A stretch of DNA of 62,048 nt, counting the filler, from Anaerolineae bacterium (GTDB taxonomy: Bacteria > Chloroflexota > Anaerolineae > Epilineales > Epilineaceae): the NCBI GenBank assembly GCA_029262755.1. It is 6 parts of 6 records of this genome, joined end to end, with 100 filler letters (N's around TTAATTAATTAA, not from the genome) between each part and the next. Parts side by side here need not be neighbours in the genome. Positions count along the whole stretch, not along the records: positions 10,164 to 23,222 come from JAJCYU010000297.1; 5 more parts are not named here. One strand, given 5' to 3'. The notes beneath the pieces were generated by a model that searched no databases, was not told the origin of the DNA, and was given only the letters and a program-made list of their open reading frames with translations. Positions 10,064 through 21,116 of this stretch are shown piece after piece. A program made the translations under genes and the position numbers. How positions within the stretch are numbered: the stretch's first letter is position 1; each line of letters opens with the position of its first letter.

Positions 10064-10163
10064 NNNNNNNNNNNNNNNNNNNNNNNNNNNNNNNNNNNNN
10101 NNNNNNNTTAATTAATTAANNNNNNNNNNNNNNNNNNNNNNNNNNNNNNNNNNNNNNNNNNNN
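10064..10163. other. Artificial contig linker
   Basis: N-run, TTAATTAATTAA (stops in all six frames), N-run. Confidence 0.99.
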
Positions 10164-11983
10164 ATGTCGATGGCCGCCAGCGTGGCGCGGTAGTCGCCGC
10201 TCAGCGGGAGACGGCTCTGCACGATCTGGTTGAAGGTCACGAGGCCGACATGCACCCTGGGCGACGCGGCCAGCGAAAGCAGCGAGCGCGCCGCGACCTC
10301 GACATCGGTCAGCTTCTGCGCATCCATCGAACCGGACTCGTCGAGCGCGAGGATCACGTCCGAGTCGCGCAGCAGATCGGGGCAGGACGCGGTCAGTTCT
10401 AGCTCGAGATCCGCTTGCTCGCCGCGCAGGATGCTCGGCTGCCAGACGGCCTTCGAGGGCTCGGGTTCGCAAGGCCCGGTATCGGGGCTGAAGCGCGGAC
10501 CATCGACGCCGAGCAGGGCGCGTGGCAGCCGCAGCGGCTGCGAGTGGCGCGCGGATTCGCCGACGCCGTAGCGCAGGTGCGCTTGACCGTCGCCGCTGAA
10601 GCGCGGACCGCCCGTGCTCGGGGCCTGCAGACCGTATGTGAGCTCTGTGATGCCACCGGGTTGTAGCGGTACGTCGTCCCAGCGAAGGACGCCGGTCGTC
10701 GGGTCGTGGTTGGCGACGCCGGCGCCGCGCGCGCTGCCCGGTACAAAGGGCGCGCCTTCGGGTAGGCGCTCGGTCACCGAAACCGCCGTCAGATCGAGCG
10801 GTGTGCCGCGATGGCCGTCCATTAGGCCGGCGCGCATGCGGAAGAAGAGTGCTTTGAGATCCGCTGCCTCGTGGCGCCAGTTGAGCGCCGGATCGCAGCC
10901 GCCGCCCACGCAGATCGGCACGATCTCGACGCCGCGCGTCGCCGCTTCCGCCAAGAGTTCCGTGACAAGCGCGGCGTTGGCGATGGGCGCATCCGCGCGG
11001 CTCAGGTAGTAGAGGACGCCGTGATGCAGCGGCGGAACGGCCAACGCGTCCAGCCCGCGGCGCAGCGCCAGCCGCGCATCGCCGCCGCCCCGAGGGTCCA
11101 CCGTCATATCGCGCAAGAGGGGCAGGACGTCGCCCTCCCACGTCGCGGGTCGGGCGAGGGGCGGTCCGACGCCCACGCGGTTGACCAAGGCGCCCAGCTC
11201 GCCCGTAGCCGGGGTGAGCGCCCGGAACATCTGCTGCACGACCGTGACGGTACGGGTCACGTCTTCTGCGCGCTGCGGCGGTTGCAGCACGACCATGCCG
11301 TAGAGCCTTGGGGTGGCGCTGCGGCAGTCTCTTGCGGTCAGGCGGAGCGTCACGGTGACGGGCGCGCCGTGGGCCACAGGCTCCGGTTCAAAACGGCGCT
11401 CGGCGTCGAGGCGGCAGCCCGTGTCCGCCCGCGTCACGCGGACCGGCAGCGACATCTGGCGCGTCACCGGCAGCGCGGTGGCGCGTCCGGCGCGGATCGA
11501 CTCCGCCGTGATGGGCCACTCGAGGCGCAGCTCGTCGTCGCCATCGAGCGGCAGCCCGCTCGGACGCACCCGAACCTGGTAGTCCAGCGCGGTATCGACG
11601 ATGCCGGCGTCGTCGCCTGTTTGCAGCATCGGCAGGCGCCATGCGGGTTGCCCGTCGCGCAATTCGGTAGGCGCGAGGCCGGCGGATACAAACTCAAGAC
11701 CGGGGGGTAGCAGATCGCGCACGAGCACGGCTTCGGGCAAGGGCTGCAGGGTCTGGCAGTCCACCGTGACATCGATCAATACGGTGAGCTCGTCGTCCCA
11801 GCGGGCGAAGCGCCGAACGCCGGGATAGGACCGGCCGACCCGTACGATGCAGGCGTCGTCCGCCTGGGCCTGGACTTGGAGCGGCGCCGAACCACCATCC
11901 GCCCGCATGCCGAGCACCGTGAGCACGGCCAGGGCGAAGAGGGTGAAGGGCGAAACTCGAATCCTGCGGCGAAGCACGTTCAC
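10164..11983 (-). CDS. Secreted VWA-domain protein, 3'-truncated
   Basis: Signal peptide (RRRIRVSPFTLFALAVLTVLG). Pilin/DUF11-like segments (VRDLLPPGLEFV, VTERLPEGAPFVPGS). A degenerate VWA-like region, then a VWA start with MIDAS motif VILALDESGSM and VGLVTFN. Confidence 0.75.
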
Positions 11984-12157
11984 GTGATCATGATAGGTCG
12001 TAGGAGCCTGACGTGGGGGGTGGCCGCTGCGCTCGGGACGGCAACGGTTCTCGGAATGCCGGCGCAGCGCGTAGAATCGCCGCCGATGCTGTCTCCCTTC
12101 TTAACGCGCGTGGCCGTCATTCGTGTCCGGTGCATTTCTCGCTGACCTGCTCGGGAC

Positions 12158-12889
12158 GTGAAGTATCAACAAGAAGTCCAACCAGCTTGGAGATGCGGCG
12201 GCTCCCGAACCCGTCGATTCAGGCTGGTTGGATTTTTAGACGCTCGATCAACGGCGAAAGGCTTGCCATCTGTGTCCCCATCACCCAGCGCCACTCCCGC
12301 GACTGCCCGTCCCGCCTCTTCCTTTCGCCGCAGCAGCACCGCGGATCTGGTGGCCTCAAGGCCGAGCGCCGAGCGCAGGGATGCCTCACGGCTGCCCGTG
12401 ATCGTCGTGCTCGACAACGTGCGCTCGGCCGACAACGTCGGCCTGATCTTCCGTTTGTGCGATTGCGTGAACATCACGGAGCTCGTGCTGGTCGGGATCA
12501 CCGCCTTTCCCGGCGTGAGTCGTAAAGCGGACAACCGGCTGCAGAAGACGGGTGTGGGGGGCAGCCTGGAGGTCGTGCCGTGGCGCTACGTTGAGAGCGC
12601 CGCCGATGCGCTTGCGCCCCTACGCGCGGCCGGCTGGCGCGTGGCGATCGTCGAGCAGGGCGATGGCAGCGTGCCCATGCACGCCGCAGACCTGTCCACG
12701 CCGCTCGTCCTGGTCTTCGGCCACGAGCGCGAAGGGGTGAGCGACGGCGCGCTGGCGCTGGCCGACATCGTGATCGAGCTGCCGGTGCGCGGCATCACGA
12801 ACAGCCTGAACGTGGCCATGTGCGCCAGCGCGGTCCTCTACGAGGTGCTGGGTCGGGAACTCGGCGCAATGGGTTCGCGCGACTCCTAG
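12158..12889 (+). CDS. TrmH/SpoU-family RNA 2'-O-methyltransferase (true start probably ~100 nt downstream)
   Basis: SPOUT motifs VVLDNVRSADNVGLIFR, LVFGHEREGVS and ELPVRGITNSLNVA. Confidence 0.88.
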   Translation: MKYQQEVQPAWRCGGSRTRRFRLVGFLDARSTAKGLPSVSPSPSATPATARPASSFRRSSTADLVASRPSAERRDASRLPVIVVLDNVRSADNVGLIFRLCDCVNITELVLVGITAFPGVSRKADNRLQKTGVGGSLEVVPWRYVESAADALAPLRAAGWRVAIVEQGDGSVPMHAADLSTPLVLVFGHEREGVSDGALALADIVIELPVRGITNSLNVAMCASAVLYEVLGRELGAMGSRDS

Positions 12890-12912
12890 AGATCGTCACC
12901 CCGGAAGAGCAC

Positions 12913-15900
12913 TTACATGCTGCGCCGGTACTGCCCGCCTACCTCGTACAACGCGGTGCTGATCTGGCCGAGCGAGAGCGTCTCTACGGCGCGCATAAGC
13001 GCGGCGAACACGTTCTCGTCCGCTAGCGCGGCCGCCTTCAGGTGCTCGACGGCGGCGTCGCGATCGTCGGCGTGGCGGGCCTGGAAGTCGCGCAGCCGAT
13101 CGAGCTGGTCCTGCTTCTCTTCGTCGGTGGAGCGGATGAGCTCGATCGTGGTCTCCGCGTCTTGGCCGGCGTCGTCCTCGTCGGCCTCGGGAAGGAAGGT
13201 GTTGACGCCGACGATGGGCAGGGAGCCGTCGTGCTTCTTGTGCTCGTAGTACAGGCTCTCTTCCTGGATGCGGCTGCGCTGATACATGCGCTCCATGGCG
13301 CCCAGCACGCCGCCGCGCTCGCTGATGCGCTCGAACTCCGCCAGGACCGCTTCCTCGACCAGTTCCGTGAGCTCGTCGAAGAGGAAACCGCCTTGGTTCG
13401 GGTTCTCGTTGGTGGCGACGCCGAACTCGCGGTTGATGATCAGCTGGATGGCCAACGCGCGCCGCACGGATTCCTCCGTGGGGGTCGTGATCGCTTCGTC
13501 GTAGGCGTTGGTGTGCAGGCTGTTGCAGTTGTCATAAATCGCGAGCAGGGCCTGCAGCGTCGTGCGGATATCGTTGAAGTCGATCTCTTGGGCGTGCAGG
13601 CTGCGGCCCGAGGTCTGGATGTGGTACTTGAGCTTCTGGCTGCGTGCGTTGCCGCCGTAGAGGCGATCCATCGCGACCGCCCAGATCCGGCGCGCGACGC
13701 GGCCGATGACCGCGTATTCGGGGTCCATGCCGTTGGAGAAGAAGAAGCTGAGGTTGGGTGCGAAATCGTCGATGTCCATGCCGCGGGCCAAGTAGTACTC
13801 GACGAAGGTGAAGCCGTTGGAGAGGGTGAAGGCGAGCTGGCTGATTGGGTTCGCGCCCGCTTCGGCGATGTGGTATCCGGAGATCGACACCGAGTAGAAG
13901 TTGCGCACGTCGTGGTCGATGAACCACTGCTGCACGTCGCCCATGAGCTTGAGCGAGAACTCCGTGGAGAAGATGCAGGTGTTCTGGCCCTGGTCTTCCT
14001 TGAGGATATCCGCCTGCACGGTGCCGCGCAGCCGGTTGACCGTCTCGTCGACGATGCGCGCGTAGGTCTCGTCGTCGACCATCGCCCGCAAGGCGCGGAA
14101 GGGATGTCCGCCGCCCATCGGCTGCAGGCAATCGGTATCCGAAATCTCGATATCGCCCCGGTCGCGCAGGAAGCGGCGCAGTTGCTGGCGGACAGCCGCA
14201 TTGAAGTAGAAGGCCAGGATCGTCGGCGCGGGGCCGTTGATGGTCATGGACACCGAGGTGGCACGATCGGTGAGGTCGAAGCCGGCGTAGAGTGCTTCCA
14301 TGTCCTCGACCGTGGCGATGGAGACGCCGGAGTTGCCGATCTTGCCCCAGATGTCGGGCCGCGGATCCGGGTCCTCGCCGTAGAGCGTCACGCTGTCGAA
14401 GGCAGTGGAGAGACGCTTGGCGTCACTGTGACGCGATAGGTAGTGGAAGCGTTTGTTCGTGCGCCACGGCCCGCCTTCGCCGGCGAACATGCGGGTGGGG
14501 TCTTCGCCCACGCGCTTGAAGGGGAACACGCCGGCCGTGAAGGGGAAGGAGCCCGGGAGATTCTCAAGAAGGCGCCAGCGCAGCACGTTGCCCCAATCGG
14601 TAAAGCGCGGCAGCGCGACCTTGGGTATGGCTTGATGCGACAAGCTCTGCGTGTAGTTGTCGACCGTGATCTCGCGTCCGCGCACCGTGTAGCGGTTCGT
14701 CGCGTCGCGATAGCGGGCGGCCAACGCCGGCCACTCGGCGAGCAGCGACCGTGAACGGGCGTCCAGCCGCTCCATGAGGGCGTTGTAGGCCACCATGAAC
14801 GGCGCGAGATGCAGGGTCTCGGCATCGGCCCGCGCCGCGTCGATCGCGGCCTGCGTGTAGGCGTCAAGGCCCGGCGATGCCTCGCCGTCCGTGCCCACGA
14901 AGTGCTGCACCGCCTTGCGCAGCGCCCACAACTCGGCCGCGATCTCGGCCTGCTCTTCGGCGTGACGCTTGTAGGCGTGCACGGTCTCCGCGATCTCGAG
15001 CAGGTAGCCGACGCGCCGCGGCGGGATGATGAAGCTGCGATCCGGCGTGCCCGCCGTCCGGCGATCCGCGAAGCGGCCGGCCCCCCAGTTCGCGCCCTGT
15101 TCGGCGAGGCGCTCAACCAGGGCGGCGTAGACGGCGTTGCAGCCGCGGTCGTCGAATTGGCTGCTGATCGTGGCGTAGACGGGCATGGCCTCCGGCGCCT
15201 CGGTGAAGCGCTTGTGCGCGCGCTGGTAGGCCTTGCGCACGTCACGCAGCGCGTCCTCGCCGCCGGGCTTGTCGAATTTGTTGACCACCACCATGTCGGC
15301 CAGATCGATCATCTCGATCTTCTCCAGCTGCGTCTGGGCGCCGTACTCGGGCGTCATGACGTAGATGGACGGCGATGCCAGATCCACGATGCCGGCGTCG
15401 GCCTGCCCGATGCCGCTGGTCTCGGCGATGATCAGGTCGAATCCGGCCGCGCGGCAAAGCGCAATGGCCTCGTCGAGCGCCTCGCTGATCTCGCGCCCGG
15501 ATCCGCGCGTGGCCAGCGAGCGCATGAAGACCCGGCCGCCGGCCAGGCTGTTCATCCGGATGCGGTCGCCGAGCAGCGCTCCGCCCGTCTTGCGCTTGGT
15601 GGGGTCTACGGACAGCACCGCGAGGTGCCGGTCCGGGTAGTCCTCCACGAAGCGGCGCACGAGCTCATCGGTGAAGCTGCTCTTGCCGGCCCCGCCGGTG
15701 CCCGTGATGCCCACGACCGGCGACGGCGTGGCGGCCGCGCGTGCCTCGATCTCCGGTTGGAGCGCCGCCCATTGCGTCGCCGCACTCGCATCGCCCGCCG
15801 CGGCGTGCTCCGCCACGGTAATCAGACGCGCGATGGCCGGGTGGTCCTGCGGCCCGATCGCCGCGATGTCCGACGGCACGCCCTCGTGCAAGACGTCCCG

Positions 15901-16476
15901 GTCGCAGCGGCGCAGAATGTCGTTGATCATGCCTTGCAGGCCGAGGTTGCGGCCGTCTTCGGGATGGTAGATGCGCGCGATGCCGTAGTCCTCGAGCTCG
16001 CGCTTCTCTTCCGGGATGATCGTGCCGCCGCCGCCGCCGAAGATCTGGATGTGGCCGCAGCCGCGCTCCTCCAGCATGTCGTGGGCGTACTTGAAGTACT
16101 CCATGTGGCCGCCCTGGTAGCTGCTGATGCACAGCCCCTGCGCGTCCTCCTGGATTGCCGCGTCCACGATCTCCTGCACGGAGCGGTTGTGGCCGAGGTG
16201 GATGACCTCCGCCCCCGACGCCTGCAGGATGCGGCGCATGATGTTGATCGCGGCGTCGTGCCCGTCGAAGAGGGACGCGGCCGTCACGATGCGCACGGCG
16301 TGCGTCGGCCGGTACACGCCGTCGTCGAGGTCGTCACCCTGGGCGGGCGCATCGACAGGCGGGGACGCCGGCGCGGCGCCGTTCACGCTCGTCGCACCGC
16401 TCTTGGTCTGGGACGACCCGTTTGCCGCAGCGACGCCTTCGCGCGTGTCGGCAGGGTCCACGATATGCTCGCTCAT
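12913..16476 (-). CDS. icmF: Fused isobutyryl-CoA mutase / MeaB-like GTPase (AdoCbl-dependent)
   Basis: N-terminal B12-binding [12 protein letters not shown]. GTPase motifs [17 protein letters not shown] and NKFD. Mutase motifs [28 protein letters not shown] and HIQTSGRSL. Start placed at MSEH (16476), behind GGAGG. Confidence 0.95.
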   Translation of the reverse strand: MSEHIVDPADTREGVAAANGSSQTKSGATSVNGAAPASPPVDAPAQGDDLDDGVYRPTHAVRIVTAASLFDGHDAAINIMRRILQASGAEVIHLGHNRSVQEIVDAAIQEDAQGLCISSYQGGHMEYFKYAHDMLEERGCGHIQIFGGGGGTIIPEEKRELEDYGIARIYHPEDGRNLGLQGMINDILRRCDRDVLHEGVPSDIAAIGPQDHPAIARLITVAEHAAAGDASAATQWAALQPEIEARAAATPSPVVGITGTGGAGKSSFTDELVRRFVEDYPDRHLAVLSVDPTKRKTGGALLGDRIRMNSLAGGRVFMRSLATRGSGREISEALDEAIALCRAAGFDLIIAETSGIGQADAGIVDLASPSIYVMTPEYGAQTQLEKIEMIDLADMVVVNKFDKPGGEDALRDVRKAYQRAHKRFTEAPEAMPVYATISSQFDDRGCNAVYAALVERLAEQGANWGAGRFADRRTAGTPDRSFIIPPRRVGYLLEIAETVHAYKRHAEEQAEIAAELWALRKAVQHFVGTDGEASPGLDAYTQAAIDAARADAETLHLAPFMVAYNALMERLDARSRSLLAEWPALAARYRDATNRYTVRGREITVDNYTQSLSHQAIPKVALPRFTDWGNVLRWRLLENLPGSFPFTAGVFPFKRVGEDPTRMFAGEGGPWRTNKRFHYLSRHSDAKRLSTAFDSVTLYGEDPDPRPDIWGKIGNSGVSIATVEDMEALYAGFDLTDRATSVSMTINGPAPTILAFYFNAAVRQQLRRFLRDRGDIEISDTDCLQPMGGGHPFRALRAMVDDETYARIVDETVNRLRGTVQADILKEDQGQNTCIFSTEFSLKLMGDVQQWFIDHDVRNFYSVSISGYHIAEAGANPISQLAFTLSNGFTFVEYYLARGMDIDDFAPNLSFFFSNGMDPEYAVIGRVARRIWAVAMDRLYGGNARSQKLKYHIQTSGRSLHAQEIDFNDIRTTLQALLAIYDNCNSLHTNAYDEAITTPTEESVRRALAIQLIINREFGVATNENPNQGGFLFDELTELVEEAVLAEFERISERGGVLGAMERMYQRSRIQEESLYYEHKKHDGSLPIVGVNTFLPEADEDDAGQDAETTIELIRSTDEEKQDQLDRLRDFQARHADDRDAAVEHLKAAALADENVFAALMRAVETLSLGQISTALYEVGGQYRRSM

Positions 16477-16729
16477 GGTGGCCTCCGGATGCGGGGACGG
16501 GCCGGAACGCGCCATGCTCCCGTGCCGCTCGTCACCGAAGGGGAATCATATCATCCGAGCCGGTGGCGGCGACAGTGGTGCGCATGCGACCATGAACGGG
16601 GCGCAAGCCTGGTCTGGACGCGACCGTCTTTTTGACCAGTCGGCGCCGACGCCCCATTTCGATCGCGCGAGACACGGGCATCCAGGTCGACGTGGATCGC
16701 GCGAGTCGCGGGCAGCTGCGTTCGCGGTG

Positions 16730-19700
16730 CTAGCGGTACAGACGCGGTAGCCAGATCGGACGCGGTCCGCCCGGCAGGACGCCCAACCAGACGTCGCCCG
16801 CGCCCGGTGGATTGTCGGGGAACACGGCCATCACGCCGAGTCCGGTCGCGCCGCCCGGCGCCGCGTCGGGGCGAAGCCGAAGGCGCACGTCCTCGCCGCC
16901 GCCCAGCTGCATGCGGACACGCTCCGTGGCGATGCGGCCGCCTTCCGGCGTGCCGTCGTAGCGGATCCAGCCGCGATTGTCGGGCGCCTGGTCGAAGAGA
17001 GGGTCGAAGAAGAGGTCGCCGTCGACCACGTCTTGTTCCTGCACGCGGAAGGCGAAGGTCAACGAGCTGGGAGTCAGGCCCATGTCCTCTGCGAACACCG
17101 GCAGGATGGACGTGCGCGCATGCAGGTCGACGTCCGCGTAGAAGCGCTGCCGGGCGCCGAGACCGCCGCCTGCGGTGTCTTCGAGGATCACCCGCACCTT
17201 GCCGTTGCGCAGCACCCCGATGCGGAAGATGTCCTCGTCCTCGGTGGAGATCCGCCAATCCGGGACGCCGTCCTCGTCGAGGTCGATCTCGACGAGGCTG
17301 CGTGTCTCCAGCGGGTGCGCCTTCGCGCCGCGCGTGTGGATCGCGAACGACAGGACCGTGTTGCCGCTGCCCAGTGGATCCGCCTCGGAGCGCACCCCGA
17401 CCGCGCGGACGTCTGTACGGGCGGGTAATCCCGGATCGATGCCGTCGCTTGCCATGTACGTGAACAACTCGGCCCAGCCACCGTAGGGCGAGCTATTGCG
17501 CAGCTGCACGTGGGTCGGTAGCGCCGCGTCCGCTCTTTGGGCGGTGACGGCTCTCGGAGCGGAGAGCAGCGTGGGGAAGGTCGTGCCCGTCGCCCCGCTC
17601 GCGCGGTCGCGGTCGCGGTCGCCAGCGCCGTAGCTGTCGCGATCGCCTCCGCCATCGCCGTCGCCGTCGCCCTCCCGCCACCAGCGTGCACCGAACGCGG
17701 ACGCACGACGCGGCAGCACGAGGAAGGGCAGGCGGGCCGCGATCGTGCGGGACGTGGGGTCCGTGACGTCGAGCACTTCGAGCCAGCCGTCGATCTCCGC
17801 AAGCGCGGTCTCGGTTCCGTCGCTGACCGCGTCGCCGCCGCGCATCCGCCACGCAGGCATGCGCGCCGGGTCCAAGCGTAGCGCGAGCTCGATCGTGCGC
17901 GTTTCGCCGGCGGCCAGCTCCAGCTGGGCCGCGCCGAGTGTGAGGCCGCGCAGCGCGTCCGCCGGGTCGCGGTAGCGAGCGCGTAGCTCGACCGTGCGCG
18001 GCGTATCTCCGCGCTGCGTGATGGTCACGGGCATGGAGGTCGTGAGCGTGGTCGTGAGCGCGTGGAAGCCGAGGTCGACGCCGGCCAGCGGGCCGGCCCG
18101 CGCCACCAGATCGGCGCGCGCCGCCGCGTAGGCGTCCAGCGCTCCGGCCCCGGAGCGCGCGATGGGCGGCGTGTCGCGATCGACGCTCGACCGGTGAAGG
18201 GCATCGATGTCGGCCGTGCTGGATAGCAGCGCCGCGACATCGCGCGCGCTGGGCGATCGGCCCGCCGCACGGTGGGCGGCCAGCGTCAGGGCGGCCGCGC
18301 CGGCGGCGTGCGGCGCCGCCATCGAGGTGCCGGAGAAGGTCGCACCGCCGCGCCCCGCGCCGACCAGCGCGGCGTGAATACCCGAGCCGGGCGCGGATAC
18401 GTCGGGCTTGAGACCGCCCGTGCGCGCCGGGCCGCGGCTGGAGAACTCGCTCACCGTGTTCGCAAGCAACGGTAGCGGCTCGATCGTGAGCGTAAGGCTC
18501 ATCGCCTGGCCCGCCTCCTGTCGCATGCGGATGTCCTCCGCGCGATCGTCGGCGACGATCCAGGTGGGCAGCGCGCCGCCGGGCGTGTCTTCCCACGACG
18601 TGGCCTGATCGAGGCCGACGTCCGGCGCCAGGAGCGCTCCGACCGCGCCCTCGGCCAACAGCCGGTCGGTCTGCCCGCGGGACGTGCAGCCGGGAATGGA
18701 GCTCCAGTCCAGGGTGAACACGGCGATCGCGCCGCGCGGATCGGCTTCGTATTCGTCGCCAGGGACGCCCTCCGCGCCAGGGCAGCCGCGACCCACGTGT
18801 ACGACCGGCGCATGGAGGTTGGCCCGCGGCGAGCGGCTCCACGAGGCGTGGCGCACGGCGTCGTCGGGCCACGCGATCGCGCCCTCGTCCTCCGGAGCGA
18901 GGCTGCCGGACCAACGGTGTTGGCCCGGAGGCCGGTGGCTGGCCACCGCGAGCGCCTCGGGCGCGATGGCCGGCGCGCCGACGATGTACGGCAACGCGCC
19001 CGCGTTGCCCGCGGCGGCGACCACGACCACACCCGCATCGACCAGCGCCGCGATCGCGCCTTCGTCCTCCAAGATCGACACGCCGAAATCCACGCCGAGG
19101 CTGAGGTTCAGCACATCGACCACCGGTGCTTCGCCGGCCATTTCCGCGGCGAGGTTGGCTTCGAGCACCCATTCCAGCGCGTCGGTCAGCAGGTCGGTGT
19201 AGCCGTCCGCGCCGAAGATCTTGAGCGCGATGAGCGCGGCGCCCGGCGCGACGCCGGCCGCGACGAGACCCGTGTCCTGGCCGACCGCGATGCTCGACAC
19301 GTGGGTTCCGTGTCCCAATAGGTCCAGCGGATCGGGATCCGGCTGCGGCGAGCGGCTGCAACGTCCGAGTCGCTCGCCGGTCGCCGTGCAGCCCGGGGAA
19401 TAGAGCTCGCCGGCCAGGTCCGTGCCGCTCACTCGCATCGTCGGGAAGAGCGGCCGCCCATCCCAGTCGTCGTCGGCGCGCGTCGGAGCGCTCACGGCTG
19501 CGGCGTAGGCCTCCGTGATGCCGGGTCCGCCGAAGGCCGCGTGGGTGTAGTCCACGCCCGTGTCCGCGACCGCGATGCGCACGCCGGCGCCGTCCACGCC
19601 CAGCTCCGCCAACACGCGCCGCGCGCCGACCGACGGCGCGCTGTCGGCCAGGGCGGGACGCGTGCGGGGCGGGCGCACAAAGGCGCGCACGCCGGGCAGG

Positions 19701-20794
19701 CGCAACACCGCTGCGTCCGCGCTGGGCGGTGCAAGGACGAGCGCGCCGGCGAGCACGGTGTCGTAGCGCGACAGCACGCGTCCGCCATGGGTGCGCAACA
19801 GGGCGTCGAGCGCCGCGTGGTGTGCGGCGATCGTGTCCGCGGCCGCGCGCACGGCAGGGTGGGCCGGGGAAGTGGGTGGGGGGGCGACAGCGTTCTGCGC
19901 GGAGAGGCTAGAAAGCCATGCGAGCGAGGGCGCCATGGCGAGGGACCGGGGCGTGGTGAAGAAGCGGGGCGTGGTGAGGGACTGGTGAATACTGAGAGAG
20001 CGGAGTCTCTTGAGGGAGCGCGGAAGTCCAGCGTCCAGTAGACCCGCGTCGGCCGCTGGGCGCGAGGTCCCGGCGACCCGCGACGGTGGTAGACCGATCG
20101 TCGACCCTTGCGCAATCGGCGACTTCTGCACGGTCGGCGACTTCTGCACGGTCGGCGACCTCTGCACGGTCGGCGACTCCTGTACGGTGGTCGACCCCTG
20201 TAAGGCCGTCGACCCCTGTCCGGCCGTCGACTCCAGCCCGTCCTTCGCCCCCTGTACGGCCGTCGACCCACGCCCGGCCGTCGACCCACGCCCGGCCGTC
20301 GACCCACGCCCGGCCGTCGACCCATGCACGGTCGTCGACCCATGCACGGTCGTCGACCCATGCACGGTCGTCTCGTGTACGGTCCGCCACGCCGACCAGC
20401 GCGTAGGAGCGTCGAACAGCACGAGGCGTGCACGTAGCGTATCGCTTGCGACAGGATTCGCCATGTAAGGCCCTGGATCCTCGCTTTGAGCCCGCACATC
20501 GAGTGGCTGCTCGGAGCCGGTGAGGATGACGGCAAGCGCCAGTGCGGGCCCCGCGATCGACGTCAAGCGGAGACGAACGGGTGCGGCCAGGGCGTGTCTG
20601 CAAAACCCGTTGCGAGCGAAAGCGCGCTGCTGTGCGGGCTGGCACGTCGGCCGTGTTCGATCGCGCGGAAGCGACGCAGCGCCCCGCTGAGCACGAAGGG
20701 GCGCGCCCAGCGCCGCCGGCACGGGCTGCGGCCACCTGCGGCCGGAACGGGGTTTGGAGGCACGCCCTATGTTGCGCAGGTTGAACGACGGCAT
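16730..20794 (-). CDS. Secreted S8 (subtilisin-like) serine peptidase with I9-like prodomain, PA domain and C-terminal IWLP motif; start uncertain
   Basis: Catalytic triad motifs IAVADTGVD, GHGTHVSSI and SGTSMAAPH. Oxyanion motif AAAGNAG, plus FSSRGP and KPDVSAPG. PA-like insert (VHVGRGCP...GAVGALL). Ends PIWLPRLYR. Confidence 0.9.
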   Translation of the reverse strand: MPSFNLRNIGRASKPRSGRRWPQPVPAALGAPLRAQRGAASLPRDRTRPTCQPAQQRAFARNGFCRHALAAPVRLRLTSIAGPALALAVILTGSEQPLDVRAQSEDPGPYMANPVASDTLRARLVLFDAPTRWSAWRTVHETTVHGSTTVHGSTTVHGSTAGRGSTAGRGSTAGRGSTAVQGAKDGLESTAGQGSTALQGSTTVQESPTVQRSPTVQKSPTVQKSPIAQGSTIGLPPSRVAGTSRPAADAGLLDAGLPRSLKRLRSLSIHQSLTTPRFFTTPRSLAMAPSLAWLSSLSAQNAVAPPPTSPAHPAVRAAADTIAAHHAALDALLRTHGGRVLSRYDTVLAGALVLAPPSADAAVLRLPGVRAFVRPPRTRPALADSAPSVGARRVLAELGVDGAGVRIAVADTGVDYTHAAFGGPGITEAYAAAVSAPTRADDDWDGRPLFPTMRVSGTDLAGELYSPGCTATGERLGRCSRSPQPDPDPLDLLGHGTHVSSIAVGQDTGLVAAGVAPGAALIALKIFGADGYTDLLTDALEWVLEANLAAEMAGEAPVVDVLNLSLGVDFGVSILEDEGAIAALVDAGVVVVAAAGNAGALPYIVGAPAIAPEALAVASHRPPGQHRWSGSLAPEDEGAIAWPDDAVRHASWSRSPRANLHAPVVHVGRGCPGAEGVPGDEYEADPRGAIAVFTLDWSSIPGCTSRGQTDRLLAEGAVGALLAPDVGLDQATSWEDTPGGALPTWIVADDRAEDIRMRQEAGQAMSLTLTIEPLPLLANTVSEFSSRGPARTGGLKPDVSAPGSGIHAALVGAGRGGATFSGTSMAAPHAAGAAALTLAAHRAAGRSPSARDVAALLSSTADIDALHRSSVDRDTPPIARSGAGALDAYAAARADLVARAGPLAGVDLGFHALTTTLTTSMPVTITQRGDTPRTVELRARYRDPADALRGLTLGAAQLELAAGETRTIELALRLDPARMPAWRMRGGDAVSDGTETALAEIDGWLEVLDVTDPTSRTIAARLPFLVLPRRASAFGARWWREGDGDGDGGGDRDSYGAGDRDRDRASGATGTTFPTLLSAPRAVTAQRADAALPTHVQLRNSSPYGGWAELFTYMASDGIDPGLPARTDVRAVGVRSEADPLGSGNTVLSFAIHTRGAKAHPLETRSLVEIDLDEDGVPDWRISTEDEDIFRIGVLRNGKVRVILEDTAGGGLGARQRFYADVDLHARTSILPVFAEDMGLTPSSLTFAFRVQEQDVVDGDLFFDPLFDQAPDNRGWIRYDGTPEGGRIATERVRMQLGGGEDVRLRLRPDAAPGGATGLGVMAVFPDNPPGAGDVWLGVLPGGPRPIWLPRLYR
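20100..20369. repeat. 15 x 18-bp degenerate tandem repeat inside the S8 gene, encoding hexapeptides such as STTVHG, STAGRG and SPTVQK
   Basis: Units GTCGACCCATGCACGGTC x3, GTCGACCCACGCCCGGCC x3, GGCGACTTCTGCACGGTC x2 and variants, all in exact 18-nt phase. Confidence 0.92.
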
Positions 20795-21116
20795 GGCGAG
20801 CTCCGATTCTTGGGACGTTGCGCCGCGCGGCGTGGTGCGTGGCTACGAGATGCTGCGGCGTCCGCGGCGTGTGCGGCGTTTGCGGCGGACCGAGGAGTAT
20901 AACGTCTGGACGGGCGACGAGAGGACGTCGATGCGGACGTTACGGTATACTCGCGGGTCCGTCGCGTGACCGACACGATCGGTCGTCCCCGTTGCGCGGC
21001 CCGCGGCGAACCGGTGCTGGTGAGGCCCGTTGCTTCGCCGAGCTACGACGTCGCCCGATCTCGGCCACCACGGGCGGATACCGCCGCGCTGCCGAATACC
21101 ACAATCGGAGTCCTCC

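Noticed and set aside
10108..10119. TTAATTAATTAA palindrome recurring five times
   Set aside because: It is an artificial six-frame-stop linker embedded in N runs.
13042..16635. 465-aa and 608-aa plus-strand ORFs
   Set aside because: Antisense shadows of icmF.
20100..20369. CRISPR array
   Set aside because: The 18-bp units are contiguous with no unique spacers, stay in frame inside a CDS, and there are no cas genes.
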